In this document: piece after piece, positions 18,509-31,200 of the stretch
How the letters are laid out: each line of letters begins with the position of its first letter
How positions within the stretch are numbered: the stretch's first letter is position 1
Assembly: GCA_041651115.1 (NCBI GenBank)
Contig: JBAZJY010000002.1
Span: 286,855-350,854, forward strand
Source of the DNA: Candidatus Omnitrophota bacterium
Lineage (GTDB): Bacteria > Omnitrophota > Gorgyraeia > Gygaellales > Profunditerraquicolaceae
Direction: 5' to 3'
DNA length: 64,000 nucleotides
The notes under the pieces: model-generated
What the model was told of the DNA's origin: nothing
Databases searched by the model: none
Seen by the model: only the letters and a program-made list of their open reading frames with translations
Program-made: the position numbers and the translations under genes

Positions 18509-18883
18509 ATGAAGAAGTTAATCCTTACGGCTATGGTTTTATGCCTGGCGGCAGGTTTTGCCTTTGCCGAAGAGGCTGCCATGGAAACTGCAAGCATGCC
18601 GATGATGGTCAAGGGCACGATCATCGACAATATGTGCGCAGGAGCGCATGGCGCGGATCTTGCGGAGTTTATCAAAACACATCCTAAGAGTTGCGCATTG
18701 ATGCCTGATTGCGAAGCCAGCGGTTACGCTATCTATGCCGACGGCAAATTAATGAAGTTCGATATGGCGTCAAACGCGAAAGTCGCGGAATTCCTGAAGA
18801 AGGAAGATAGTAAGCTGGAAGTGGTTGTTGAAGTAGAAAAAGCAGGAGAAGAATTAAAGCTGGTTTCTATAAAGAATCAATAA
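18509..18883 (+). CDS. Exported hypothetical protein with 3 Cys
   Basis: 124 aa from ATG 18509 preceded by GGGAGG; signal peptide MKKLILTAMVLCLAAGFAFA; no recognisable family. Confidence 0.45.
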   Translation: MKKLILTAMVLCLAAGFAFAEEAAMETASMPMMVKGTIIDNMCAGAHGADLAEFIKTHPKSCALMPDCEASGYAIYADGKLMKFDMASNAKVAEFLKKEDSKLEVVVEVEKAGEELKLVSIKNQ

Positions 18884-18901
18884 TTCTCCAGTATTTGTTC
18901 A

Positions 18902-18945
18902 AGGGCCGTTTCTTTTTTTGAAAAGAAACGGCCCTTTCATTTATT
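18902..18945 (+). terminator. Intrinsic terminator (15-bp stem AGGGCCGTTTCTTTT/AAAAGAAACGGCCCT with flanking T/A runs; potentially bidirectional)
   Basis: Read directly downstream of 18883 stop. Confidence 0.65.
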
Positions 18946-19024
18946 AAAAAAATACTTGACAAATTATTGTTCTCATGTATACTATACTATGTTGATAGAG
19001 TTAATAGAATAAAGAGGAAAAAAG

Positions 19025-19465
19025 ATGAAGATTACCTATAAGGGCGATTATGCATTAAAGGCGGTTTTGGACCTGGCAATACATTATGATCGGGAGTTAG
19101 TCACCAGCCATGATATGGCTAATCGCATAGATACTCCGATTAAGTTCCTGGAACAGATATTACTGGATCTCAAAAAGGGCGGTTTTATTGAAAGCCGGCG
19201 CGGGAAAGTCGGAGGTTATTTATTAGCCAAATCTCCCGCTGAAATTACAGTAGGGGACGTAATCAGGTTTATTGAAGGGCCGATAGAGCCGGTTGCCTGC
19301 GCAAAAGACGGATACACAGAATGCAGGGACTTATATAAATGTGTTTTTAGGAAAATCTGGCAGGATGTGGCACAAGCAACATCAGGGATTATAGACAACA
19401 TTACTTTTAAAGAGTTGGCCAGCCGGGTTAGTTCTGCGCAGCAACTGCCGGCTTACTCAATTTAA
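19025..19465 (+). CDS. Rrf2-family transcriptional regulator (second copy)
   Basis: 146 aa; wHTH DYALKAVLDLA...; Cys triad CAKDGYTECRDLYKC; TTGACA/TATACT promoter upstream. Confidence 0.75.
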   Translation: MKITYKGDYALKAVLDLAIHYDRELVTSHDMANRIDTPIKFLEQILLDLKKGGFIESRRGKVGGYLLAKSPAEITVGDVIRFIEGPIEPVACAKDGYTECRDLYKCVFRKIWQDVAQATSGIIDNITFKELASRVSSAQQLPAYSI

Positions 19466-19477
19466 AGGAGAAAATAC

Positions 19478-19564
19478 GTGGCCGTTTATTTCTATGATAA
19501 TACGATGATGTGTTATGCGGTAATGATGTGCCGCCTCTTTGGTGGGGAGGGGCCTCCTATGTAG
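19478..19564 (+). CDS. Candidate Met/Cys-rich leader peptide MAVYFYDNTMMCYAVMMCRLFGGEGPPM
   Basis: GTG 7 nt after SD AAAGGAG; 28 codons with 5 Met codons (two ATG-ATG pairs plus a final ATG) after the GTG initiator, and 2 Cys; two MMC triplets; 30 nt upstream of intrinsic terminator and met/cys biosynthesis operon. Confidence 0.4.
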   Translation: MAVYFYDNTMMCYAVMMCRLFGGEGPPM

Positions 19565-19593
19565 CATTATTACGATATATATAGGATGGACAG

Positions 19594-19626
19594 CCCACTA
19601 CCGAGGAGAGCGGTCAGTGGGTTTTT
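19594..19626 (+). terminator. Intrinsic terminator: CCCACT-A-CCG aggagag CGG-tc-AGTGGG followed by TTTTT
   Basis: Read directly; an alternative pairing of CCTC..TGGTGGG (19536-19548, inside the leader ORF) with CCCACTA..GAGG (19594-19606) could act as anti-terminator. Confidence 0.6.
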
Positions 19627-19657
19627 ATTTGGTGCAAATTAAACTTAGGAGGGAAAA

Positions 19658-21138
<1,481 letters not shown>

Positions 21139-21147
21139 GGGGGGACA

Positions 21148-22083
21148 ATGGGAAAAATATTTTCCGATATTACGAAAACCGTGGGCAATACACCTTTGGT
21201 GAAATTGAACCGTATCACCGAAGGGCTGGAGGCAACAGTATTGGTAAAGCTGGAATCTTTTAACCCACTCTCCAGCGTAAAAGACCGCATAGGAGTGTCA
21301 TTGATCGAAGATGCCGAGCGCAGAGGCTTGCTTAAAAAAGGCACTACGATAATTGAGCCGACCAGCGGTAACACAGGAATTGCTCTGGCATTCGTAGCTG
21401 CGGCAAAAGGCTACAAGCTTATTTTGACCATGCCCGATACCATGAGCCTTGAGCGCAGACAATTGCTCAAGATATTCGGCGCCGAGCTTGTGCTCACTGA
21501 AGGCGTAAAAGGGATGAAGGGAGCAATAGAGAAAGCCGAAGAGCTGGCAAAAAATACTCCTAATGGTTTTGTACCGCAGCAATTCAATAATCCGGCAAAT
21601 CCTGAGATCCACCGTAAGACTACAGCGGAGGAAATCTGGAATGATACAGACGGTAAGATCGATATTCTTGTTTCCGGAGTCGGCACCGGCGGCACGATCA
21701 CTGGAGTTGCGGAGGTAATAAAAAAGCGTAAACCTGAATTTAAGGCGATCGCGGTTGAGCCGGATGCTTCGCCGGTATTATCCGGCGGTAACCCTGGACC
21801 GCACAAGATCCAAGGCATCGGAGCGGGATTTGTGCCCCAGGTTCTAAATCGGGCGGTTATTGATGAGGTTATCCGCGTCACCAATGACCAGGCCGGAGAA
21901 ACCAGCCGTCAGCTGGCAAAACTGGAAGGTATTCTTGCGGGAATTTCCAGCGGCGCTAGCGTTTGGGCGGCATTGGAAGTGGCGAAAAGAAAAGAAAACA
22001 AAGGAAAGCTCATTGTGGTAGTGCTTCCCGATACGGGCGAGCGCTATCTTACTACATGGCTTTTCCAAGAGGTTAATCCATGA
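21148..22083 (+). CDS. cysK: Cysteine synthase A (O-acetylserine sulfhydrylase)
   Basis: 311 aa; PLP-lysine motif [26 protein letters not shown]. Confidence 0.85.
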   Translation: MGKIFSDITKTVGNTPLVKLNRITEGLEATVLVKLESFNPLSSVKDRIGVSLIEDAERRGLLKKGTTIIEPTSGNTGIALAFVAAAKGYKLILTMPDTMSLERRQLLKIFGAELVLTEGVKGMKGAIEKAEELAKNTPNGFVPQQFNNPANPEIHRKTTAEEIWNDTDGKIDILVSGVGTGGTITGVAEVIKKRKPEFKAIAVEPDASPVLSGGNPGPHKIQGIGAGFVPQVLNRAVIDEVIRVTNDQAGETSRQLAKLEGILAGISSGASVWAALEVAKRKENKGKLIVVVLPDTGERYLTTWLFQEVNP

Positions 22084-23195
22084 CGAAGGAATATTTCAGC
22101 CTTGACGTGCTTGCCCTGGAAAATGGGGACAGGTTCGGGCCGGTAATACTTGCATATGAAACATACGGTACGTTGAATAAGGAAAAGACCAATGCTATTC
22201 TTGTTCTGCATGCCTTTTCAGGGGATGCGCATGCCGCAGGTCTCTATGACGACAAGAATGATCCGGGTTGGTGGGATTCAATGATCGGTCCGGGAAAGGC
22301 ATTTGATACCGATAAATATTTCGTGATCTGTTCAAATGTCCTTGGGGGCTGTAAAGGTTCAACTGGCCCGTCGAGCATAAATCCTAAAACCGGCAAGCCT
22401 TATGCGCTTAGCTTTCCGCTTATCAGTATCGGCGATATAGTTAATGCGCAAAAGCGCCTTATTGACCATCTGGGTATAGAAAAACTGCTGACGGTGGCGG
22501 GCGGATCAATGGGCGGAATGCAGGCTTTAGCATGGCTGGTAAAATATCCAAAGAGCATACGCAGCGCAATACCGATTGCCACTGCTGTCAGGCATTCTTC
22601 GCAGCAGATCGCGTTTAACGAAGTAGGCAGGCAGGCGATCATGGCCGATACTCATTGGAAAGAGGGAAATTATTACGGCGGGCCGCTGCCGGACAAGGGC
22701 TTGGCAGTTGCCCGGATGATCGGCCATATTACTTACATGAGCGAACGGTCCATGGCGGAAAAATTCGGAAGGCAGAAAAAAGACAACATACAGCCGTTCA
22801 AGTTTACAGCTGATTTTGAGGTAGAAGGATATTTGCGTTATCGCGGGGATAACTTCGTAAAGCGGTTTGACGCCAATTCCTATCTTTATATCACTAAAGC
22901 AATGGATAATTTCGACGCCTCGCAAGATAAGCCTTTGCAAGAAGCCTTGCGGGGAGTAAAGGCCAAACTGTTAGTGATCGCCTTTAAGTCAGACTGGTTG
23001 TATCCTGCGTATCAGTCTAAGGAAATTGTCAGGGCTTGTAAACTTTCCGGCGTAGAAGCTACTTATTGCGAAATAGATTCTACTTACGGCCATGACGCGT
23101 TCCTTCTGGAAGCAGAAGAAGAGACGCACCTGATCGCGCATTTCCTAAAGAAAGTTTTTTATGAATACGAGGTGACGGGTAATTATGCAATATAA
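22080..23195 (+). CDS. metX: Homoserine O-acetyltransferase
   Basis: 371 aa; alpha/beta hydrolase, nucleophile elbow GGSMGG, conserved D/H. Confidence 0.85.
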   Translation: MTKEYFSLDVLALENGDRFGPVILAYETYGTLNKEKTNAILVLHAFSGDAHAAGLYDDKNDPGWWDSMIGPGKAFDTDKYFVICSNVLGGCKGSTGPSSINPKTGKPYALSFPLISIGDIVNAQKRLIDHLGIEKLLTVAGGSMGGMQALAWLVKYPKSIRSAIPIATAVRHSSQQIAFNEVGRQAIMADTHWKEGNYYGGPLPDKGLAVARMIGHITYMSERSMAEKFGRQKKDNIQPFKFTADFEVEGYLRYRGDNFVKRFDANSYLYITKAMDNFDASQDKPLQEALRGVKAKLLVIAFKSDWLYPAYQSKEIVRACKLSGVEATYCEIDSTYGHDAFLLEAEEETHLIAHFLKKVFYEYEVTGNYAI

Positions 23196-23814
23196 GGACA
23201 TCCATCCGGATCATAGGGCAATATTAGGGCTGGTTAATCCCCGCTCCTCTGTCTTGGACCTTGGCTGTGGTACAGGAGACCTGTTGTATCTTTTAATCAA
23301 AGAGAAAGATGCGGCCGGCCATGGCATAGAGATAGATGAGCAGGCAATATACCAATGCGTCAGCAGGGGGGTAAATGTCCTGCACGGGGATATTGATACC
23401 GGGCTTGCCGAATACCAGGATAAGTCGTTTGATTACGTGATCCTTAACCAAAGCCTGCAACAGATAAGGCATGTCGATAAAGTGCTTCAGGACGCCTTAC
23501 GGGTAGGTAAAAAAGTGATCGTCGGATTTCCTAATTTTGCCCATTACAAGTCAAGGCTGCAGATGTTGTTCCGGGGCAGGACGCCGATAACCGGCGCCTT
23601 GCCTTACCAGTGGTATGAAACGCCGAACCTGCATTTTTTGAGCATTTCCGACTTTACGGCATATTGCCGGTCAAAAAATATCACTATTGAGCAGAGTGAA
23701 TGCATAAGCGGGAACAGGCGTATCCGCATACTGCCGAACCTATTTGCGCAGGTGGGGATATTTTTAATTAAAACTGTGGATAAGACAAAGGAGGACAGAG
23801 ATGCCGTATATTAA
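23185..23814 (+). CDS. metW: Methionine biosynthesis protein MetW (methyltransferase-like)
   Basis: 209 aa; SAM-MTase glycine motif [10 protein letters not shown]; overlaps metX end as in metXW operons. Confidence 0.75.
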   Translation: MQYKDIHPDHRAILGLVNPRSSVLDLGCGTGDLLYLLIKEKDAAGHGIEIDEQAIYQCVSRGVNVLHGDIDTGLAEYQDKSFDYVILNQSLQQIRHVDKVLQDALRVGKKVIVGFPNFAHYKSRLQMLFRGRTPITGALPYQWYETPNLHFLSISDFTAYCRSKNITIEQSECISGNRRIRILPNLFAQVGIFLIKTVDKTKEDRDAVY

Positions 23815-23980
23815 TCTTAAGGTAGCAGGGAAACTGAATAAGCAGCAGAAGCAAGCGATCGCGAAAGAATTCTCCGATACGTTATTAAAAGTCGCAGGTA
23901 AGAAAAAAGAGAGCACATATCTGGTGATCGACGAAGTAAGCGGCAAAAACTGGGCGCAGGGAGAAAGGTTTTTTGAGTAG
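23801..23980 (+). CDS. 4-oxalocrotonate tautomerase family protein
   Basis: 59 aa MPYINLKV... with Pro-1; SD AGGAGGACAG upstream; not in ORF track (<60 aa). Confidence 0.55.
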   Translation: MPYINLKVAGKLNKQQKQAIAKEFSDTLLKVAGKKKESTYLVIDEVSGKNWAQGERFFE

Positions 23981-24022
23981 ATTTAGGCCCGGATAAGTAA
24001 TATAATAAGGCAGGAGGTAACG

Positions 24023-25237
24023 ATGAATTCTGTAAATATTCGTAAAGTATATCTTGACCACAATGCCACTACGCCGCTGCACCCGGAAGTCAAAGCCGCG
24101 TTGATCGAAGCAATGGAAGTTTTTGGCAATCCTTCCAGCCTGCATCAGTTCGGCAGGCAGGCGCGTAAACTTGTTGAGGATGCGCGCGAGAAGATCGCTT
24201 CTTTTATCAATGCCGGCCCGGATGAACTGATCTTTGTCGGCAGCGGTTCGGAGGCAAATAATACCGTGATCAATCTTTTTTCCTGTATCGGGTATAAGGC
24301 CTGCGAGGTTCCGTCGCTTAAGCCGGCTAAAAAGGAGATCATCACTACCAAGATCGAGCATCCTTGCGTTTTGGAGTCAACCGCCTGTCTGCAAGCCAGA
24401 GGCACAAAAGTCAACTATATCGGGGTTGATCAATACGGAAAGATCGATCTTGAGGAATTGAGAAAAGTGTTGTCAAAAAATACAGGGTTAGTTTCGGTAA
24501 TGACCGCCAATAATGAAATCGGTACGACCCAGGATATTAAGCCGATCGCAGAAATCGTCCATCAGGCAGGAGCTTTATTTCATACTGATGCTGTGCAGGC
24601 ATTGGGCAAGATCCCCCTTGATGTAAAAGAGCTGGACATAGATTACCTTTCTTTTTCCGCGCATAAGATCTACGGCCCAAAAGGCGTAGGCTGTCTTTAT
24701 GTAAAAAAAGGCGCCCCGTTCTGTCCTTTTATCCGTGGCGGCCATCAGGAAATGGGAAGAAGGGCCGGCACGGAAAATACGCTGGGGATTATCGGATTGG
24801 CAAAGGCAATAGAAATGCGGCAAAAGGAGATGGCCTCGGAAGCCAAGCGGCTGGCTGTGCTGAAAAATAAACTGCGTGAAGGTATTGAGAAGAATATCCC
24901 GGATATCCAATTTAACGGCCATCCCGTAGATAATTTACCGAGCACCTTGAATGTTTCTTTTAATGCCGCCGAAGGAGAGTCAATCCTGCTTTATCTTGAC
25001 TTGGAGGGGATAGCGGTTTCTACCGGCTCTGCCTGTGCCTCTGGTTCGCTTGACCCGTCCCATGTTTTGCTGGCAACCGGCATTGCCCAGGAACGCGCGC
25101 ATGGCTCTATCCGCATGAGCATGGGCAGGGATACCAATGAAGAGGATATTGATTATACCGTAGATAAACTCACGCAAGTCTTAAAACGCGTGAGGCAAAT
25201 TTCTACGATCTCCTCGTCAGGAGGTAAGCATGGATAA
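24023..25237 (+). CDS. nifS: Cysteine desulfurase (NifS/IscS class)
   Basis: 404 aa; PLP lysine SAHKIYGPKGVG; active-site loop SGSACAS. Confidence 0.85.
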   Translation: MNSVNIRKVYLDHNATTPLHPEVKAALIEAMEVFGNPSSLHQFGRQARKLVEDAREKIASFINAGPDELIFVGSGSEANNTVINLFSCIGYKACEVPSLKPAKKEIITTKIEHPCVLESTACLQARGTKVNYIGVDQYGKIDLEELRKVLSKNTGLVSVMTANNEIGTTQDIKPIAEIVHQAGALFHTDAVQALGKIPLDVKELDIDYLSFSAHKIYGPKGVGCLYVKKGAPFCPFIRGGHQEMGRRAGTENTLGIIGLAKAIEMRQKEMASEAKRLAVLKNKLREGIEKNIPDIQFNGHPVDNLPSTLNVSFNAAEGESILLYLDLEGIAVSTGSACASGSLDPSHVLLATGIAQERAHGSIRMSMGRDTNEEDIDYTVDKLTQVLKRVRQISTISSSGGKHG

Positions 25238-25844
25238 TCCGTCAGACTGGCTTTATACGGAAAAAGTCAAAGATCATTTTATGCATCCGCGTAATTTACT
25301 TATGGATGAGGCTTCTTTTCAGGCAGACGGCAGGGGAGTGATCGGTAATATCAAATGCGGCGACGAAATGATCGTATTGATAAAGGTCAATGAAGAAAAA
25401 GGCACGATCGCCGAATGTAAATGGAAGACCTATGGTTGCGCCAGCGCGATCGCCTCTACTTCGGTGCTTTCAGAGCTGGCTATCGGTAAGACACTTGATC
25501 AGGCTTATGCTTTGAGTTCCCGCGATATTGCCGAAGCCTTGGGCGGGCTGCCGGAACACAAGATCCATTGTTCGGTGCTTGGCGATAAGGCTTTGCGCGC
25601 GGCGATTGATGATTATTATACGCGCAAAGGCATGACCGATAAGGTAAAAAAAGAAAAAGAGCATGTGATCTGCCAGTGTTTGGGCATCACAGACTCTGAA
25701 ATTGAACATGCCGTACTTGAAGGGGCAAGGAATTATTACCAGCTCCAGGAGAGGACAAAGATCGGCACAGTCTGCGGCAAATGCAAGGAGAAATCCATAA
25801 AGCTGCTTGAAGAATACAAGATTAAGTATTTTAATAAACCATGA
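25230..25844 (+). CDS. nifU: Fe-S cluster assembly scaffold NifU (U-type N-terminal domain + BFD-like [2Fe-2S] domain)
   Basis: 204 aa; IscU-like Cys (GDEMIV, GCASAIAS); C-terminal CQC...CGKC. Confidence 0.8.
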   Translation: MDNPSDWLYTEKVKDHFMHPRNLLMDEASFQADGRGVIGNIKCGDEMIVLIKVNEEKGTIAECKWKTYGCASAIASTSVLSELAIGKTLDQAYALSSRDIAEALGGLPEHKIHCSVLGDKALRAAIDDYYTRKGMTDKVKKEKEHVICQCLGITDSEIEHAVLEGARNYYQLQERTKIGTVCGKCKEKSIKLLEEYKIKYFNKP

Positions 25845-27112
25845 TAAAAAAGACGTTATTTGTTGCGTCTATATTAAATTTCCTGATCGTTATCTTTCCC
25901 GCGCCTTCGTATTCTTCCGATATCTTCAGCTTGAATTTATTAATCGATGAGTGCCTTACGAACAACCCGCAGATCCAGGCGGCAAAGCAGCGTTATGAGG
26001 CTGCTCAAGCAAGGGTAAGACTCTTGCGCACCCTGGAAGATCCCAAGATAGAATATGAGTATAATAAAATAATACCGGATATGATCGCGGGGGGAACCGG
26101 GAATGCCGGAGCTATGCGCACATTTCAAGTTTCTCAGGAAATTCCTTTTCCTACCAAGCTTTTTCTACGAAAACAATCCGCGCAAAAAGAAGCCAACGCC
26201 TATGAGCAGGAATATAAAGAAACAGAACGCAAAGTCATAAAAGATCTGAAGGATTCATATTTTCAGTTATTCTTAAATGACAAAAAAATTGAGGTTACTA
26301 AAGAAAATTTAGGCCTGCTTTCACAATTCATTGAGATTGCGAATAAAAAATACGCGGTAAATAAAACCGGCCAACAGGACTCTTTAAAAGCGCAGGTAGA
26401 ATATTCAAAACTTTCCAATCAGTTTGTGTTATTAGAGCAGGAAAAGAAAATCTTTCAAAGCATGTTAAATTCTCTCCTTAACCGTTCTCAGGATATAGAG
26501 CTTAGTAATATAGAAGAAAAAAGCAATAAGGCTCTGGAGCTGGATGAACAGAGGATCCTTAAGTTAACAAAAGAAAACCGTCCTGAGTTGAGGTCGTTTA
26601 AGGAGATGTTGAGAAAAGCGGAAATAGATTACGCTTTGGCAAAACAGGAGTACTTCCCGGATTTTATGATTAAATACAAGAGACAAGAGAAAAACGGCGG
26701 AGTTGGTTCTTGGTCCGGTATGCTGGGGATAACTGTTCCCCTGTGGTTTTGGGAAAAACAGGATTCTTTTGTGAAAGAAGCCCATGCCAATGTCGGCGTA
26801 GGAAAGGCAGAATACCAGGCTGAAGAGAATATGGTTTTATTTGAGGCACGCAGCGCATATGCAAGGTTTGAGGCAGGAAAAAAGTTGGTAAAAATTTATG
26901 AGACGGGAGTTCTTCCGCAGGCGCAGGCTGCTTTGGAGACCGCGCAGCGCGGTTATGAGACAGGCGCGGTAAGTTTTCTTGATTTATTGGATTCCCTGCG
27001 GACTTTGCGGGAATTCCAGATAGAATATTTTGAAGCATTGGCTAATTTGGAGATTGCTTTAGCGGATTTAGAGCGGACTGTTGGCGTTGATTTAAGTGAG
27101 GTGAAAAAATGA
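25841..27112 (+). CDS. TolC-family outer-membrane efflux protein
   Basis: 423 aa; signal peptide; two repeated coiled-coil/beta halves typical of OEP family. Confidence 0.7.
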   Translation: MIKKTLFVASILNFLIVIFPAPSYSSDIFSLNLLIDECLTNNPQIQAAKQRYEAAQARVRLLRTLEDPKIEYEYNKIIPDMIAGGTGNAGAMRTFQVSQEIPFPTKLFLRKQSAQKEANAYEQEYKETERKVIKDLKDSYFQLFLNDKKIEVTKENLGLLSQFIEIANKKYAVNKTGQQDSLKAQVEYSKLSNQFVLLEQEKKIFQSMLNSLLNRSQDIELSNIEEKSNKALELDEQRILKLTKENRPELRSFKEMLRKAEIDYALAKQEYFPDFMIKYKRQEKNGGVGSWSGMLGITVPLWFWEKQDSFVKEAHANVGVGKAEYQAEENMVLFEARSAYARFEAGKKLVKIYETGVLPQAQAALETAQRGYETGAVSFLDLLDSLRTLREFQIEYFEALANLEIALADLERTVGVDLSEVKK

Positions 27113-28254
27113 AGAATAAGTTAAAGAATCTTATTGTATTAAGTATCATCTGGATTTTGGGTTTAGGCAATATTCTGTTGTTTATGCGCACTACATACGC
27201 GGCTGAGGAGAAAGGGAGGCAAAAGGTCCTATATTACCGCAATCCCATGGACCCCTCGATCACCTCGCCTACATTCATGAAAGATTCTATGGGTATGGAT
27301 TATATTCCGGTATATGAGGAAGACAGAGATGGTGTAAATGCCTCATCTGCGGAAACCGTAAAGATAAGCAAAGATAAACAGGAGCTTATCGGCGTTAAGA
27401 CCGAAGCAGTATTGAAAAGGCCGTTAATGCGTATGGTTCGTACGGTAGCTCAAATTGCTTACGATCCGGACTTATATGTAGCCCAGGAAGAATATATCCA
27501 GTCCTTAAGAACCGCAGAGGCTACGAAAAACAGCGCGCTTGCTTCTGTTTCGGCGCAATCAAATTCTCTCGTTGAGGCAGCTAATCTTAAGCTAAAATTA
27601 CTGGGTTTGAGCGACAGGCAGATCGAAGAATTAAGGGCTAAGGCAGAATCTGACCGGGGGCTTATCATTTCCGATTCGCTTACGCCTTATGTTTGGGCTT
27701 ATTTGACAATATACGAATATGATCTTGATACTGTAAAAGTTGGCGGCCGCGTTGCTTTAAGGGCCATCGCATACCCGGGAGAGGAATTCCAGGGAGAAAT
27801 AGTTTCCATTGATCCGGTCTTGGATATGAATACGCGTAGCGTCCGCGGCCGCGTAAGGATCGATAACCTGCAGGGGAAACTTAAGCCTAATATGTATGCG
27901 GATGCCTTCTTGCATATTGATTTAGGAGAGAGCTTGGCCTTGCCTAAAGAAGCAGTTTTGGATACAGGGATAAAAAAGATTATCTATATAGATTTGGGCA
28001 AGGGAGAATTTGCGGCGCGTGAGGTAGAAGTTGGGCAGGAGGCAATAGCGGTGATTGATGGCCAAGAGCGTAGATTCTTCCCTGTTATAAAAGGAATAAG
28101 CGAGAATGAAATTATAGTTACCAGCGGAGCTTTTCTAATAGATTCGCAAAGCCAGCTTACCGGAGGTATGTCTGCATTGTGGGGTAGCGCCAGTGAAATA
28201 GAGCAGGAAGCAGTTCAAAAAACCGGAGAACCTAAGACGCAGCACAAGCATTAA
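27109..28254 (+). CDS. cusB: RND efflux periplasmic adaptor, CusB-like heavy-metal type
   Basis: 381 aa; N-terminal Met-rich metal-binding segment YYRNPMDPS...MKDSMGMDYIP; beta-barrel/lipoyl MFP core. Confidence 0.7.
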   Translation: MKNKLKNLIVLSIIWILGLGNILLFMRTTYAAEEKGRQKVLYYRNPMDPSITSPTFMKDSMGMDYIPVYEEDRDGVNASSAETVKISKDKQELIGVKTEAVLKRPLMRMVRTVAQIAYDPDLYVAQEEYIQSLRTAEATKNSALASVSAQSNSLVEAANLKLKLLGLSDRQIEELRAKAESDRGLIISDSLTPYVWAYLTIYEYDLDTVKVGGRVALRAIAYPGEEFQGEIVSIDPVLDMNTRSVRGRVRIDNLQGKLKPNMYADAFLHIDLGESLALPKEAVLDTGIKKIIYIDLGKGEFAAREVEVGQEAIAVIDGQERRFFPVIKGISENEIIVTSGAFLIDSQSQLTGGMSALWGSASEIEQEAVQKTGEPKTQHKH

Positions 28255-28273
28255 AAGATAGAAGGAATGACGC

Positions 28274-31200
28274 ATGATAAATAAATTAATAAATTATTGC
28301 TTAAAGACCCCGTTTGTAGTGGTCGTCGTTTATATCTCTTTATTCTTCTGGGGGCTCTGGGCAATGACAAATATCCCGGTTGACGCCATACCGGATATCG
28401 GCGAAAAACAGGTGATTGTCTATACGGAGTGGCCGGGCCGTTCTGCCAAAGACGTAGAAGATCAGGTTACCTATCCACTTTCGGTATCCTTGCGCGGGGT
28501 TCCGGGGGTAAGAACTATCCGCGCTTCCTCGGCCTTTGGTTTCTCCGAAGTATACCTTATTTTTAAAGACAACGTGGATTATTACTGGGCGCGCTCCAGG
28601 GTTTTGGAAAAGTTAAACCTTTCTGCAGGGCGGCTGCCAATGGGTGTTGTCCCTGTCTTGGGCCCGGATGCGACCGGCTTAGGACAGGTCTTCTGGTATA
28701 CGGTTGAAGGTAAGGGTTATAGTATAGATAAATTAAGAAGCCTGCAAGACTGGTTTATCCGTTATCAGCTTAATTCCGTAGAAGGTGTCTCCGAAGTTGC
28801 TTCTATCGGAGGTTTTGTTAAACAATACCAGATTGATATTGATCCTAATAAAATGCTCAGCCTTAACATCCATTTAGGCGAGGTAATGGAAGCAGTTAAG
28901 AGGTCCAATGTCGATGTGGGCGCGAAAGTCATTGAGAATAATGCCATAGAATATATTATCCGCGGCTTAGGGTTTATTAAATCTCTGGATGATATTGAGA
29001 ATATAGTAGTAGGCGAGAGTAACGGAACGCCGATTTACGTAAAGAATATTGCTACAGTGCAGCTTGGGCCGGAATTCAGGCGCGGCGCCCTGGATAAGGA
29101 CGGGCAGGAAGCAGTAGGCGGCGTGGTAATTATGCGTTACGGCGAGAATGCGATGCAGGTTATACATCGCGTAAAAGAGGCGATAAAAGAATTGGAAAAA
29201 GGCCTGCCCGCCGGAGTCAAGATCATCCCCTTTTACGACCGTACTGAACTTATCCACCGTACTATCGGTACCTTAAGAGAGGCCTTGGTTCTCGAGATAA
29301 TAATTACCATGGCAGTAGTTGTGCCGTTTCTGGCGCATTTCTGGGCAGGGATAATGATCTGCCTGACTTTGCCATTTTCCGTGCTATTGGCTTTTATTGC
29401 CATGTATTACCTTAAAATAGATTCTAATATTATGTCTTTATCCGGCATTGCTATCGCTATCGGCACATTGGTGGACATGGGAGTTGTGATGACTGAAAAT
29501 GCCTATCGTCATTTGATCATCCATGCCGATGAGATCAAGCGGGGCGTAAAATCACGTTTGGAAGTTGTATTTAAAGCTGCCAGCGAAGTAGGTTCTGCGG
29601 TAATAACCGCAATCTTAACCACAGTTGTTTCTTTTTTGGCGGTTTTTGCTTTGGAAGCGCAAGAAGGCAAGCTTTTTAAGCCCCTTGCTTATACCAAAAC
29701 CTTTGTTCTACTTGCTTCGGTAGTAGTGGCTTTAACTTTGATCCCAGTACTAAGTATGTATTTCCTGAAAGGTAAATTACGCCCGCCCGAAGAAAACCCA
29801 TTGGTGAAGATGCTCCAGCGCAATTATGAGAAAGTCCTGCGCTGGTGCTTAAGTCATCGCGTTACCTTCTTGCTTATTCCGGCAGTTATTTTGATAACTA
29901 GCCTCGCCTTTATTCTGCCTAAAGATATTATTTCTTTAATTGTTTTCGCCGGGATTGTCCTGGCAGTGCTTATCTTTATTCTTCCTAAAAAAGTAAAATC
30001 GGCTTTACTTATAGCATTGATTGCAGCTTTAAGTTTAACCTGGTTTTGGTTTAGCCCGCGTATCGGCCGGGAGTTTATGCCTGCGCTTGATGAAGGCTCC
30101 ATTCTTTTTATGCCGGTGATGCGTCCGTCTGTCTCTTTAACCGAGGCAGTAAGGGTGATCCAGATACAGGATAAAATTATTAGTTCTTTTCCGGAAGTAG
30201 AAATGGTAGTGGGTAAGGTTGGCAGAGCAGAATCAGCTACGGATCCTGCGCCGGTTGAGATGTTTGAGACCATTGTTACCTTAAAACCAAAGAACCAATG
30301 GCGAAAAGGCATGACTAAAGATAGGCTTGTTAGGGAGATGGATGCGGTCTTGCAAATACCCGGCGTTTCCAATATCTGGACCCAACCGATTGTAAATCGC
30401 ATTGATATGTTGGCTACCGGGATAAGGACTTCGGTGGGGGTCAAGGTGTTTGGTCCGGATTTAAATAAGATTGAAGAAATTGCGACAGAGGTAGAAAAGG
30501 TAGTTAAAACTATTCCCGGAGCAGTAGATTTGTATGCGGAGAAAATTGTCGGTAAGCCTTACATTGAATTTAAGATTAAAAGAGAAGAGGTGGCGCGTTA
30601 CGGCATCTCTATCCGCGACGTTCAGGATGTGATAGAGATGGCTATTGGAGGAGAAAATCTTACTACCACGGTTGAAGGCAGGGAGCGTTATCCGGTACGC
30701 GTGCGCTATGCCAGGGAATTACGCGATAATATCGATGCGCTTAAGCGCGTGCTTGTCTCTACCAAATCCGGTGCGCAGATTCCCATCGTCCAATTGGTGG
30801 ATATATATTTTGTTACCGGGCCGGCAATGATTAATTCGGAGAACGGGCTCCTGCGCGCCTATGTGCTAATGAATGTGCGCGGCCGCGATATGGTTGGTTT
30901 TGTGGAAGAAGCTTCCAAGATAGTTGCCAAGGAGATAAAATTGCCCCCGGGTTATTTCCTGCAATGGTCAGGCCAGTTTGAGAATCAGGTGCGCGCCAAG
31001 AACAAGATAGCCATACTTTTGCCCATAAGCCTTTTAATTAATTTTATGCTCATCTATATGAATTTCCGCTCTATTATAAAATCGGTGTTTATTTTTACCG
31101 CCGTTCCGGTGACATTAGCGGGAGGGATTTGGTTATTAGCCTTTTCCGGGTTCAACTTTTCCGTGGCAGTTTGGGTCGGTTTTATCGCGCTCTTCGGAGT

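Noticed and set aside
19466-19657. SAM riboswitch (S-box, SAM-II, SAM/SAH) upstream of metY
   Set aside because: None of the conserved SAM-I (…CUCUUAUCAAGAGNGG…GGUGCUAA…) or SAM-II cores is present. The region is instead explained by a leader ORF plus terminator. A covariance-model scan would be the decisive test.
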